NCBI GenBank assembly: GCA_951406725.2
Contig: OX597819.1
Location: forward strand, 33,108,001-33,172,000
Reading direction: 5' to 3'
DNA length: 64,000 bases
DNA from: Octopus vulgaris
Lineage: Eukaryota
The notes beneath the pieces are model-generated. The model made no database searches. It saw nothing but the letters and a program-made list of their open reading frames with translations, and was not told where the DNA came from. Positions 27,421 to 41,080 of this stretch are shown one piece after another. Both the position numbers and the translations under genes were made by a program. Each line of letters begins with the position of its first letter. Positions within the stretch are counted from its first letter, which is position 1.

Positions 27421-28636
27421 TTCACTAGTTTCTCATACATATTTTATGATTAAATTCCAATGAAGTAACTTTATTTTGTAATTAGGAAACAGCCCTTTGC
27501 TTATAGGATGCATAATCGGCTCAATGCTCAGGTAATGCTAGATATCTGCACGAACATGGAAATATTTTAGCCCAAGTTAACCAACGCTTCCCAATAATAC
27601 ACAAAGACCAGAATAATTGTAGTGTACATAATGTTAAGGCTAGTTGCTCCTGTCTTGATAATGTCCCTTCTAACACTGCACATTGGACAGAAGAACATAG
27701 ACCTACGAAGTCTTTACCCCAGGCATCTGCCAGTTGTTGTCGATATCGGTTCACCTATCCACTAAATGGATTCGACTATTGTCCCCAATTCAGGGTATCC
27801 TGAAGTAGTACGCATAACTCATTGCTAGCGAGTTCGAGGGATAGTTTTTCAACATACACACTCCTTTCTACTTATGTTTAGAGAAAACGTTACCAATCTG
27901 GCGCCGCTTTATCGTCAGTGCAGCACTGTTTATTGAGTCTCATTTACATTCTAGTAATGAAGTAAATATTTCTGTTCTCTGATCTGAATACTATACTCAG
28001 TCATTATATTAGTGATTTAAATTTCCGCGTTATCCACTTGATCTTCTTACACTACAAGAAGATTAAGTTTTCACTATTACTCCTACATACCAATATTTCA
28101 TCGAACTGACTAGTACTGCATTCATTTTATCAATGAAGCACTGAGTTGAAACCAAAGAGGAATTCGATCTTTGCATCTGTCACTTGCTTTTAAGGGCTGC
28201 TGCTTACCAAAACCAATATTTTAAAATGTCATATATCACCAAAGTTAAAGATTACTTTTAGCGATCTAAATTATATCTAAGATAGCGGACTTCCTTGGTA
28301 TTTACATGCCTCATAATTCTCAATTAATTTCTGTCTATTTCACAGATAAAACTGAGTGTTTGTATTGAAGAGGTTTATGGGAGAGGTGTCCAGGGGGTGG
28401 AAATACAATCCATCAAGGGGCACCTTTAATATAAATTAACAGCTATCAGTTTTTGATGTAATCTGTCTCTGTGTGTCTGTTTCTCTCTCTCCTCCTCTCT
28501 CCCCCTCTCTCTCTATAATATATATATGTATATATATATATATATAATATATGTGCGTGAGTGTGTATGTATATACATATACAAGTGCATAAGCACTCAA
28601 ACACACAGACACACACGCACACACGTACACTCATAT

Positions 28637-28667
<31 letters not shown>

Positions 28668-29017
28668 GGTAGACAGGTAGGGAGGGAGGGAAAGGAGATG
28701 GTAAGAAAGTAGGTAAGTAGGTGTGTATACATTTGCTTTGTACCTACATATCTATTTGAATGTCACCGGAGATTATCAACGATTTGTCACTCTAAATTAG
28801 TGTGTCTACAAGTCAGTGTTTTATCCAAATAGATTGCGAATCGATCAATATTAGAGATTATGGTAAGACATTAAAGTAGATGTGACCCAATTATTGATAA
28901 GCCCAAACCGTAATGCGGTTAATTTCCGGCTTTGGTAACTGTTTTGTTTCTCGTGTTTCTAAAACGAAATGCCTTCCTCTTGTATATTACTCAGGGGCAC
29001 AACAATATTTTTTTTAT

Positions 29018-29236
29018 CTCTTTACTCTTTTACTCTTTTACTTGTTTCAGTAATTTGACTGCGGCCATGCTGGAGCACCGCCTTTTAGTCGAGCAAATCG
29101 ACCCCGGGACTTATTCTTTGTAAACCCAGTACTTATTCTATCGGTCTCTTTTTGCCGAACCGCTAAGTGACGGGGTCGTAAACACACCAGCATCGGTTGT
29201 CAAGCAATGCTAGGGGGGACAAACACAGACACACAA

Positions 29237-29309
<73 letters not shown>

Positions 29310-29486
29310 TATATACATATATACGACAGGCTTCTTTCAGTTTCCGTCTACCAAATCCACTCACAAGGCATTGGTCGGCCCGGGGCTATAGCAGAAGACA
29401 CTTGCCCAAGATGCCACGCAGTGGGACTGAACCCGGAACCATGTGGTTGGTTAGCAAGCTACTTACCACACAGCCACTCCTGCGCC
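29018..29486 (-). mobile_element. SINE family A, young
   Basis: Near-identical to the copies at 25021 and 55782. Confidence 0.92.
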
Positions 29487-29499
29487 TTTTTTTTTTAAT

Positions 29500-29810
29500 A
29501 CTTGCTTCAGTCATTAGACTGCAGCCAGGCTGAGTACCGCCTTGAATAAATTTCCGTCGAATGAATCGATCCCAGCAACGATTTTTAAAGCCTAGTACTT
29601 ATCCTATCGGTTACTATTGCCGAACTGCTAAGTTACGGAGACGTAAGCACACCAACACTGGTTGTGGTGCCGAACAAACATAGACACAAAGACACACACA
29701 CAAATACACACATACATACACACACGCGCGCGCGTGCACACACACATATACGACGAGCTTCTTTCAGTTTCCGCCTATCAAATCCACTCACAAAGCATTG
29801 GTCAGCCCAA
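29500..29810 (-). mobile_element. SINE family A, older and truncated
   Basis: Diverged body adjacent to the young copy. Confidence 0.75.
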
Positions 29811-30889
29811 GCGAAACGTTCATATTTCCTTTCCTGTTTTTTACCTTATTTTAATACATTTTATTTTGGAACGGTGAAACTTGAAGTAAATAAAGCTATA
29901 AATCAGTCGTTGGAAAACTGCAACTCGCATTCTTTCTGAATGGCATGCATACCGTAAAATTACTTTAGATTTCTTTTTTTTTTTTTTTTTTGCAGTACTC
30001 CAGTTCGCGTGATGACTGCAACCCGCCATATCACATGCGGCTCGCTACTCGAACAAGGCTGGGTTTAAAATCATTTGGATTGAAAAGGGGTCTTTCTTTT
30101 TTTGTTTTAGTCCAGTATTTACACGTTTAGTTTTAGCTTCATTCCCCTCCGATTTTCACCACTTCAAAAATGATTATTTCAAGTTTCCTCGAAGCTTCTA
30201 AATATTTTATTTTATTTCTCTAATAGAATCTAGAGTAGTACAAACTTAGCACTGAGAAGTCATTAAGAAATAATGAAGTTTTTTCTTCTTTTTTTCTTCT
30301 TATTCAAAATTAATTCATTTGTAAAAATGAAACTAATGTTAGTGCAAACATCTTTCTCAATCCAATTTATTTAGCTTACGTTCTTACTTTGTCTACTAGA
30401 ACTTGTCACATTGTTCTCTTTTTAAATTCTTTATTCTTTTTTGTTAAGTGCTTAAAAGATAATTACCTAGTTACAACTTCTAAAAGAAAATTGTTCGCCA
30501 AGCTTACACCAACAAATTGTGCCGCTTATGTTGTTTTTATTACTGGGATATTGCCATATTCTGAAGTGATTATGTGGTGGGAACCGTCTATTCGTCTCTC
30601 AATAGGTCCACTCACGAACAATATGTTCGAACTGAGTACTCCTCACTGTCAATAAGTGTTTATATTCTCACAAGCTATAGGTTCACAAGCTGCTCCTGCT
30701 GCTATTATTGTTTAACCCCAGGTCAATGTTGATAAAGCAGATTATAACCAAAGGTGTTTTATAACATTTTATTTTTCTGTCTATCGGCGACTAGGTTATT
30801 CAACTTGTCCTTCATTTTTAAGACAGTAGAATAGCATTTGGAAAAGTTTTAGTGCTATTTCTAGCAGGATATATATCCAAATAAATATT

Positions 30890-31521
30890 GAGTTCAAATT
30901 TTGGTACAGGGCCTGCAATTTTGGGGGAGGAGACTAGTTGATCACATGCTCAACTAGTACTTATTTCATCGATCTCGGTAAGATGAAGGTCAAAGTCGAC
31001 CTCGGCAGAATTTGAACTCAGAGCATTAAGACGGACGAAATGTTGCTAAATAGTTTGCCCAGCTCGCTAACGATTCTTCAGTGCTCACCGCTTAATGACC
31101 GAGTAAATGTTGGTTTCAAATTTTGGCACAAAGCCAGCAATTTCGGGGAAAGAAGTAAGTCGATTATATAGACGCCAGTGTTCAACCGGTACTTACATTA
31201 TCGAACCCCGAAAGGATGAAATTCAAAGTCGATCCTGGCGGCATGCAAACTCAGAATGTGCAGACGGACAAAATGCCGCCGAACATTTTACCTGGTATGT
31301 TAATGATTCTGTCAGCTCACTGACTGATGAACGAGTTACCTCATTATTATCTTTCCTCTATTTCGTCTGTCTTTATGTTCTGAGTTCAAATTCCGCCAAG
31401 GTCGACTTTGCCTTTCATCCTTTCGGGGTCGATAAATTATGTACCAGTTGCGTACTGGGGTCGATCTAATTGACTGGACCCTTACCCCAAAATGTCGGGC
31501 CTTGTGCCTAGAGTAGAAAAG
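30890..31521. mobile_element. Cluster of three family B SINEs (30890-31093 -, 31110-31322 -, 31361-31521 +)
   Basis: Repeated aaagtcgacctcggc / gcctttcatcctttcggggtcga motifs. Confidence 0.8.
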
Positions 31522-31564
31522 ATTATTTCCTTTCCTCGCCTCTAATATTTATGATTAATCTTTC

Positions 31565-31774
31565 TTTTCATTATTTACATTTGAGGATATTTGTCCTCAT
31601 CTTGTTTGTTGTTAACACAACGTTTCGGCTGATAAACCCTCCAGCCTTCATCAGACGCCTTAACCACTATGCCATATGCCTGTGGGCAAATGGCGTAGTG
31701 GTTAGGCATATGGCCTAGGGGTTAAGAGCGCGGGCGACTAACCCCAAGATTCCGAATTCGCTTCCAGGCAGTGA

Positions 31775-31846
<72 letters not shown>

Positions 31847-31942
31847 CAACAACAACAACTACAACAACAATAACAACAACAACAACAACAACAACAACAA
31901 TAATAATAATAATAATAATAACAACAATAATAACAATAATAA

Positions 31943-32032
<90 letters not shown>

Positions 32033-32200
32033 TAACAACAACAACATCGAAAAATACCTAAGTATGAGAATCCAGATTCGAAATTTTTCCAAGACACCTG
32101 AACCTGATGAAGGCTGGAGGGTATATCAGCCGAAACATTGTGTTATCAACAAAGAAGATGAGGAGAATGTACATAATTCCTCATCTCTTAAAATATAGAA
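31565..32200. mobile_element. Head-to-head pair of tRNA-headed, HHR-terminated elements
   Basis: Plus copy: tRNA-like head 31705-31776, (TAA/CAA)n, HHR motif 32093-32144. Minus copy: head fused directly to HHR motif 31614-31654. Confidence 0.7.
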
Positions 32201-32416
32201 CTCTAATCTTTCTCTTGTTTTATCAATCCAAATCAATAATTAGTTTTAAAATACTTGTAAATATTTAGGAAAATAAATTTGAAATTTAATAATCTGATGA
32301 AGAACCTCAGTGATGGTAAACTTTCCACACTGTTCATTTCGTCTGAAATATAGACATAACCACAAAAGTTCATCTTATCTGGAAGATCAACAAGACATGA
32401 GTAGTTAATTTTATCT

Positions 32417-32726
32417 GGAGGCACATAGCCTAGTGGTTAGAGCAGCGGACTCGCGGTCGAGGGATCGCGAGTTCGAATCTCAGACCGGGCGATGTGTGTG
32501 TTTATGAGCGATACACCTAAGCTTCACGCAGCTCCGGCAGAAGGTGGTGGCAAAACTTCTGCTGACTCTTTCGCCACAACTTTCTCTCACTCTTTGCTCC
32601 TGCATCTCGCAGCTCACCTGCGATGGACCGGCGTCCCGTCCAGGTGGGGAACCTATACGCCAAGAAACCGGGAAACCGGCCCTTATGAGCCAGGCATGGC
32701 TCGAGAAGGAACAAACAACAACAACA
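32417..32726 (+). mobile_element. SINE family D with TSD
   Basis: C-type head, cctgcgatggaccggcgtcccgtccagg tail, (AAC)n; agttaattttatctgga at 32403 and 32727. Confidence 0.92.
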
Positions 32727-33187
32727 AGTTAATTTTATCTGGAAAATCAGCCGAATGAGAGAGTAGTTGATCTGTAGTTTAAGCAATGATTAATGTTTAA
32801 TTGCTAGAAGTGTAAAACAAAAATCAATGCAGTTTTCTGGATGAATGGTTGGGCAAAAAATTTCAGGTAAAAATCAGAATGATAGGAAACTATTTAGAAT
32901 CTCTGCCTAGTCTACCCTATCCTTTATATGATAGCGTGAACTATAGTTTGTCATTGTAGATTTAACTTTGATTTAAATCCTGATTTATCTTCACAATGAC
33001 CGCATCATCCCAAATGGATCAGCGAAATGCACAGTTAATAATAATGGATAGTCATCTTATAATCATACTAATCTTTGAATATCAAATTTTAAATTTTAAA
33101 CATAAATTTTATTATATAGGGTGATACTTTATTGTTATTTATTTTCTTATATTTACTTTATTATTTTTTTATGCCTTATTTACCTGT

Positions 33188-33435
33188 GCAGGCGCGTGAC
33201 TTAGTGGTTTAGGTGTGTTGAACACATGATCGTAAAATTGTTGTTTCGGCTCCTGCATTGGGCGAGGCGTTGTATTCTTGAGCAAAACATTTCAATTCAT
33301 GATGCTCCAGTCCACTCAAACGGTAAAAATAAATAATTCTGCAGTGGACCGGCGAACCGTCCAGGTGAGGAATATATACGCCATGGAAAACGGGAAGCCA
33401 ACCCTTATGAGTTAGTTTGACTCGAAAAGGAACTG
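33188..33435 (+). mobile_element. Older SINE: CORE-like head plus family D tail
   Basis: ttgagcaaaacatttc followed by gtggaccggcgaaccgtccagg. Confidence 0.7.
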
Positions 33436-33825
33436 TACTTTTTTTTTTATTTACCTATTTATTAATCAGCTTGTTGCCTTTTTAGGAATATGGATTTATT
33501 AGGAGAGGATTCACTTTCCATTCGCTCCTACCCCTTTTAGTCGCCCCTTACACCGCCCAGAGAATACGGTGACTGCATTCTACCGATTCCCACCCCCTGT
33601 CGCAGGTGGGGTGGGGTGGGGTGGTTACTAGTTAACCCATAGTTGGGACCCTCACAGGTACTACCACTCCGGGCCAGAGTGGACCTGGAAACAATAATGG
33701 CTAACAGGTGGTTCCACACTCCTCAAACCCTAAAACCAGGGCTTCAGGATCCCACTACCGGATGTAGTTTATAGTAATAACCAATGAAAAAAAAAACGGG
33801 GAATAGGCCTGGCTATATGATATGA

Positions 33826-34162
33826 TATGATTTATTAAATTAACTTTTACCGTCGTAGGACCAAGGCATATATATTTTTTCTTTCTCTATTGTTATGTAT
33901 ATAATTATTCTTTGCCTGGGTACATTTTACTCTACTTTCGCCTCTTTGGCCCTTCCCCTTCTTTTTGCCTTTTTCCATATTTTTGATTATATCTTTATTT
34001 ACCTTCCTCCTTTTAACGTTAATTACTAGTGCAAGATTTACAACGCTAGATATAAGTCTGTATATATATATGTGTGGGCGCGCGATATACGTAGGTATGT
34101 GTATGTATATATGTGGTATGTATATATTTATATGTATATGTATTCCCAACCACATGGTTCTA
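33826..34162 (+). repeat. ~340-bp direct duplication, copy 1
   Basis: tatgatttattaaattaacttttaccgtcgtagg...cccaaccacatggttctag repeated at 35086. Confidence 0.9.
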
Positions 34163-34292
34163 GTTTCAGTCCCACTTCGTGGCACCTTGGGCAAGTGTTT
34201 TCTAGTATAACCTCGGGCCAACCAAAGCCTTGTGAGTGGATTTTGATAGACGGAAACTGAAAGAAGCCTGTTATATATATATATGTATCGTC

Positions 34293-34757
34293 ATGGCACT
34301 CTGACGAGGGTTCCAGTTCATCCGATTAACAGCCTGCTCGTAAAATTAACGTGCAAGTGGCTCAGCACTCCAAGCGTACTCTTAACATACTTCCCAGGGG
34401 GATTCAGCGTGACATAGAGTGTGACAAGGCTGGCCCTTTGAAATACACGTACAACATAAACAGGAAGAAGAAGTGAGAGAAAGTTGTGGTGAAAGAGTAC
34501 AGGAGGATTCGCCACCACACCCTGCCGGAGCCTCGTATAGCTTTTGGTGTTTTCGCACTCACAACGCCCGGTCTGGGAATCGAAACTGCGATCCTACGAC
34601 AGCGAGTCCGAAGGAATAAGTACTAGGCTTACAAAGAATAAGCCCTGGGGTCGATTTCTTCTACTAAAACCCTTTAAGGCGTGGCCGCAATATACATACA
34701 TACATACATACATACATACATACATACATACATACATACATACATACATACATACAT

Positions 34758-34851
<94 letters not shown>

Positions 34852-35005
34852 GACGGACGTCTTTCAGCTGCCGTCTTCCAAATCCAATTACAAGGTTTCG
34901 GTTGAGCCGAGACTATAGTAGAAGACACTTTCCCAAGTTGCCACGCAGCGGGACTGAGCTCCAAACTATGTGATTGCGAACCAAGCTTCTTATCACACAG
35001 TCACG
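34293..35005. mobile_element. Fused SINE C (-) and SINE A fragments with microsatellite
   Basis: C body 34293-34610, A tail 34613-34690, A head (-) 34848-35005. Confidence 0.7.
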
Positions 35006-35053
35006 TACATACATACGTACATACATACATACATACATACATACATACATACA

Positions 35054-35085
<32 letters not shown>

Positions 35086-35088
<3 letters not shown>

Positions 35089-35424
35089 GATTTATTAAAT
35101 TAACTTTTACCGTCGTAGGATAAAGGCATATATATTTTTTCTTTCTCTATTGTTATGTATATAATTATTCTTTGCCTGGGTACATTTTATTCTACTTTCC
35201 CCTCATTAGCCCTTCCCCTTCTTTTTGCCTTTTTCCATATTTTTTATTATATCTTTATTTACCTTCCTTCTTTTAATGTTAATTACTAGTGCAAGATTTA
35301 CAACGCTAGATATAAGTCTGTATATATATGTGTGGGCGCGCGAGTATACGTAAGTATGTGTATGTATATATGTGTGGTATGTAAATATTTATATGTATAT
35401 GTATTCCCAACCATATGGTTCTAG
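35086..35424 (+). repeat. ~340-bp direct duplication, copy 2
   Basis: Matches 33826-34162 with scattered substitutions. Confidence 0.9.
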
Positions 35425-35426
35425 GT

Positions 35427-35634
35427 TCAGTCATGTTGAATCGCTAGCTTCTGCACGCATTTTTTTCTCCTTGTTTCTCTCCGTGTTCCTTTTCTGTGTA
35501 TCTTTCTGTTGAAGAGCGTAGGCTCGAAACGTAAAAGACTTGTTTTATTTATATTCCTGAGCGCCATACTAATACAATTGTTTGTTTGTACTCCACCTGC
35601 CTTTGTCTTTTGTTTATTTTCGTAAACCTTCCCG

Positions 35635-35635
<1 letters not shown>
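35427..35635 (+). mobile_element. Penelope-like terminus with minimal HHR motif (35501-35538)
   Basis: tcttt-CTGTTGA-a gagc gtag gctc-GAAA-cg-TA-aaaga; ends at (TA)n. Confidence 0.7.
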
Positions 35636-35689
<54 letters not shown>

Positions 35690-36350
35690 TATTATGCACG
35701 TATGTATCTGAGTGTATATTTATTTCTTCATAATTCACCTCAACACCATATTACTGTTGCAGTAATTGTTCCATTCTTTGTTATAATTGATTCATTTTCT
35801 ATCGGGATATCAGGTACGCAATCTACAATCGGATGACCTAAATTTACCAACTCTGCCTGTATTTTCGTTCTAAAACGATTAACATCTGAAGTAAACACCT
35901 ATATTGTAATAAAGACACCTACTTATTAATTAGTTTCGAGTATATAACTTTTATTAAAAGAAAGTAATTATTTAACCACACGCACACACGTTGGCTTTCT
36001 TTTAGTGATGTGGTAGTGATATTTCTGCTAGTTATTAGAATTAAGAATACTATCATACAATTTGCTGTTTATGTCCTTTATCTGATAAAAGAAAGCGAAT
36101 ATAAAATGCTGACATCGTGTCTGTTCTTTCTCAGTCTCAAGACATTTTGTTATTAGAAGAAATTATAAAGGCTTCTTCTTGGATAATGAGAATTTACTGA
36201 TGTAGAGAATTGCAGAGACTGTTCTTTAGAAAATAAGATGAAACTGTCATTTTTCTAACTTAGATGTCTAACACCCTAGGCGGTGACTTTCCGCAAACAG
36301 CAGGGTAGGTACTACGCACAAATCTCTTATTGCATCCTGGTTAGTTTAGG

Positions 36351-36381
<31 letters not shown>

Positions 36382-36575
36382 TGTATGTATGTGTATCGCT
36401 ATTCATATAAACGTGTGTTTATGTCTTTAGTTCACATATACGTTAACAGGTATATTTGTACGCACTCATCACAGACGCGCGTATACAATTAGATAAACTG
36501 GTATATACATAGATAGACAGACAGGTAGACAGACAGATAGATAGACTGACAGATAGACGGTAAGACAGACAGACT

Positions 36576-36640
<65 letters not shown>

Positions 36641-36767
36641 ATAGATAGGTAGAGACATACGTACATACATATTTATACACATAACATACATACATGCATG
36701 CATGCATGCATGTATACATACATACATACATACATACATACATACATACATACATACATACATACAT

Positions 36768-36937
36768 CGTTACGTTCCGAGTTCAAATTCCGCCGAGGTC
36801 GACTTTGCCTTTCATCCTTTCGGGGTCGATAAATTAAGAACCAGTTACGCACTGGGGTCGATGTAATTGACTTAATCCGTTTGTCTGTCCTTGTTTGTCC
36901 CCTCTGTGTTTAGCTCCTTGTGGGTAGTAAAGAAATA
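36768..36937 (+). mobile_element. SINE family B, 5'-truncated
   Basis: Family consensus match. Confidence 0.85.
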
Positions 36938-37519
36938 TATATGCATGTGTACCCATAATCACAGACACATGCATTCACACACTCTCTTCATTTTGGGGAG
37001 TGCAGACCATCGACGACATTTCTCCAACGTTCTCGACTCCACTCTCACTTTTCTGCCTCTCACTAGTCGGACCCTTAATTTCTCAGCTCTGTCTTAATAT
37101 CCCACTTTTAGCTATTTTTAGGACATCTCTTCTGTCTTTATTGCAGGTTCCATTTCAGGGCCTAGCATGTCATACAGGATGTTGGTTTCTTCATTTCGGA
37201 TTTTACTCCACCGCATCGCATGTTTCTCTGAGTTAGGGCTTCCTCTCTCAAGTTTGGTTCAGTTTGAATAGTCATCGATGCTTCTGTATGTTTGCTCTTT
37301 TCAAGATAGAGTTGTTATTCATAGAAAAACCCTGGCTGGTCTTACATTTTATATATACATATATATATATATAAGAGAACAAAATGTACGTACGCCGATA
37401 TATATATATATATATATATAAAGTTAATCCAAACAAGAAAACAAAAACAAAAAAACAATGCAAGGACGTGGAACAAATAAAGTATTATTGGACGCTCAGG
37501 AAAGAAGGGAAGAAGGAGG

Positions 37520-37554
37520 GTTTGACGTTTCGAGTGGAGCTCTTCGTCGGAAAC
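37520..37554 (-). ncRNA. Minimal type I hammerhead motif (C at position 4)
   Basis: gttt-CCGACGA-a gag ctcca ctc-GAAA-cg-TC-aaac; in a (TA)n-bounded segment 37420-37588. Confidence 0.75.
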
Positions 37555-37585
37555 ATAGGAGAAGGAAAGATCCCGAGAAGGGAAG

Positions 37586-37626
<41 letters not shown>

Positions 37627-38181
37627 TACAAAATGGGACAAGAACGCAAAACATCCTGAAGACGATACAAAAAACACGGATGGGTCATTCGAAGCCTTTA
37701 ATCTTCAGTCAAGAACCGGGTCATCCTCGCAATTTCGGCTGATTAATCTTCAGATTGCTCCAATCTGGCCAGCCCCAAGGGAAAACTAAGCTAAGAGCAT
37801 TAGATTCCTTGGAAAAAAGCTTCGAATGTATACGAAACAAGGACGGAAAAACGGACGATGTTACTCGAATGTAAATACAAAAAGAATACGAAAAAACAAT
37901 AATAATAATAATAATAACAGGACATCACAACAGGCGTCTCTCGACTAGGAAACGAATTGAATTCAGCTGGCGCCTTAGGAATTGTGCCTTACGTCAGAGA
38001 AAAAAAATGTTGATGTTGCCGCGATCGCTGCTAGACCCAAAAAGGCCAGCAGTCGGTCAGTCAGTCACATATGAAGAAAAGAGAGAGGAAAAGAGGGACA
38101 GAGGAATTAAGGAAGGGGAGAAGAGAGAGAAAAAAGAGGAACAAAGGAATTAAGGAGGAGGAGAAGAGAGAGAAAAAGAGG

Positions 38182-38212
<31 letters not shown>

Positions 38213-38488
38213 CATTTGGCGAATGATGCGGGTGAGGTTGTGTACGTTTCAAGTGAGGGTGGATGAGTGTATACTTTTAGGCGTATGCACGTGGGTGTGC
38301 GGGTGCGCATGTGTAGGTATGAACATGCACGCTTACGCGAATAATATGAACTTTTTTACCCCCTTACTTTTACTCCCTCCCCCCACTTAGCGCTCATTCA
38401 AATAGCACTTTTGTCTTAATAACGGTTAATCACCCAGTAATTTCCCTTTGTATAACGGTCATTTTCATAGCATTTTTTCCGATGGCCG

Positions 38489-38549
38489 GATAACTGAAGA
38501 GATGGCGGCGTGGATTTCCACCTCGGCATCCGAAACTCGGAGTTTTATC
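38489..38549 (+). ncRNA. Type I hammerhead motif, canonical core
   Basis: gataa-CTGAAGA-gatg...catcc-GAAA-ctc g gag-TT-ttatc. Confidence 0.78.
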
Positions 38550-38572
38550 ATGACTACCGAATAATTGTCACG

Positions 38573-38648
<76 letters not shown>

Positions 38649-38906
38649 TCAAGTGCTTATACAATAATCCCTCGCCATTTCCGGTTCACCTATCGTGGTT
38701 TATTATTTATGTCGATTCCTCTATGGTGTTGTTTTGCATTTATAATAAAATAAATATATACAAATTGCTAAAATAATAAAAAAAATACAGTACCGTTTGT
38801 ACTTCTCAGATTTTCACCTATCGCGTGTGGTTTTGGATCGTAAAACCGCGGTAATCGAGGGATGACTATGTGTTTGTGTGTGTGTGTGTGTGCATATTTA
38901 TATACA

Positions 38907-38944
<38 letters not shown>

Positions 38945-39030
38945 AATAAGGGTGAAAAGGAACACACGAGTTGATATATATGAAAAAACAAGTCAAAATA
39001 GAAAATGCTAAAATAATTTTATAGTGAACA

Positions 39031-39074
39031 TTTCAGTACCGGTTTCGGTCATTTTGAGACCTTTTCAACTGTAA
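39031..39074 (-). ncRNA. Type I hammerhead motif, U3:A8 variant
   Basis: cag-TTGAAAA-ggtc tcaaaat gacc-GAAA-ccgg-TA-ctg; within repeat 38945-39165, homologous to 61770-61985. Confidence 0.75.
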
Positions 39075-39180
39075 CGATTAAATAATTAAATTTAGAAAAA
39101 TTAGAAGAAAAGTTTTTTTAAAGGAATATTTCTATAGTAGTGTTCAGATATAAGTGGCATTCTGCCTTTCTCTATATATA

Positions 39181-39345
39181 TACGACGGGCTTCTTTTAGA
39201 TTACGTCTACCAAATCTACTCACAAGGAGTTGGTCAGCTCGCGGCTATAGTAGAAGATACTTGCTCAAGGTACCACGCAGTGGGACTGATCCTAAAACCA
39301 TGTTGTTGGGAAGAAAGCTTCTTACCACACTGCTACGCATGCACC
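39181..39345 (-). mobile_element. SINE family A 5' half, diverged
   Basis: Family match. Confidence 0.7.
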
Positions 39346-40067
39346 TATACACGTATATCAATAAGATTTTTTTAAAAAAAGTGTTCATTTTCGTTGTGTA
39401 GTTGATCTCTATGGCAATGCCCGACATTTGTTCCTTAACTCCAGAGAACAACATCAGATATGTTGTATTCCACTGGAGCGAAGTTGTATAACAGTTGCCA
39501 ACTGCGTTCGTTTTTATTGAGAGCTGCTGGATGTAATGTCAAAAGTAATGTCGATTTATGTTGACCTTCAAGTCCCATCAACTGTTGACTGGGATAGATA
39601 AACAAGCGATTAATCACGTACTGGAGTTGATATAATTGACTGCTCCTATATTAGAAGGTACTGCCTATAGATATTCATTTATATTCATCATGAATGATGT
39701 TCTGGAAGAGTTAGGAAACCCGAGAAAGCCTGAGATCTCTAATTGACGCGTAAAAAAAAAAAAGGATCACAAATTCAAATGCACCCCATAACATTTTTAT
39801 GGGTTTTACTTTAGTAATTGATATTTGTATTTCATATTTCTGAAATATAATTGAAAGCATTAAAAGATGAAATTAAAATTTACACCTTGCTGAAGATGGA
39901 CGCCATCATGTACTTACGTAAAAGAATAAGTACAGAAACACGCACACACACGCACATATACACATACACATATATGTATACATACATATATGCATACATA
40001 CATATGTTTGTGTGTGTGTACACGGACGTACATACACATACAGAAACACACACGCACACACACAACA

Positions 40068-40111
<44 letters not shown>

Positions 40112-40836
40112 CACATATATATATGTATACACACACACACACACACACATATATATATGCACACACATATATATATATATGTACACACACACACATATAT
40201 ATATGCACACACACATATATATGTACACACACACACACACATATATATGTATACACACACACACACACACATATATATATACATACGTAATATACATGCA
40301 GACTCAAAGACGCACATATACATGTACATAGCTGTTGGCACGTGTGTGCGTGTTTACGTGGTGTGTATGCATTCATACGTTCATATGTGTTTATGTGTGT
40401 GCTTGCGTTTGCGAATGATGAGCATGTGCAGTTATATCACAAGATAGAACAAGTGTAACACGGTGCAAGATAATGCAAATGTTCAGCAGCAGCAGTAGCT
40501 GCAACAGCCATAATAACAGCAGCAGCAGCAGCAGGAGCAGCAGTAGTAGTGGTTTATCAGCAGCAGCGGCATTATCATCATCATCATCATCAGCAGCAGC
40601 ATCAGCAGAAGCAGCAGTTGAGACAAGGAAACTGTAGTTATTGACAAAGTGCTAGAAATAGTGTTGTAATGTTGGTCAGTGCACTTCGATGCACAGTGTG
40701 AGTGTGCAGTAAATACTGCTGTTACACAGTCTTCCCCTATAACTGCAGACATGCCGTTAACTGCCGCTGCTGCTGTTGTTGTGTGCGATGTAGAAGCAGC
40801 AGCAGCAGCAGTAATATAAACAGCAGCAGTATCAAC

Positions 40837-40889
<53 letters not shown>

Positions 40890-40892
40890 TAA

Positions 40893-40923
<31 letters not shown>

Positions 40924-41028
40924 GGTGGTGGTGGTGGTGGTAATAGTAGTAGTAGTAGTAGTAGTGGCGGTAGTAGTTGTAGTAGTAGTAGTGCTAGTAG
41001 TAGTAGTGGCAGCAGCAGCAGCAGCATC

Positions 41029-41080
<52 letters not shown>

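Noticed and set aside
29970-30070. Poly-T plus gcag as a splice acceptor and exon
   Set aside because: No clear donor or recognisable peptide; poly-T tracts are common here
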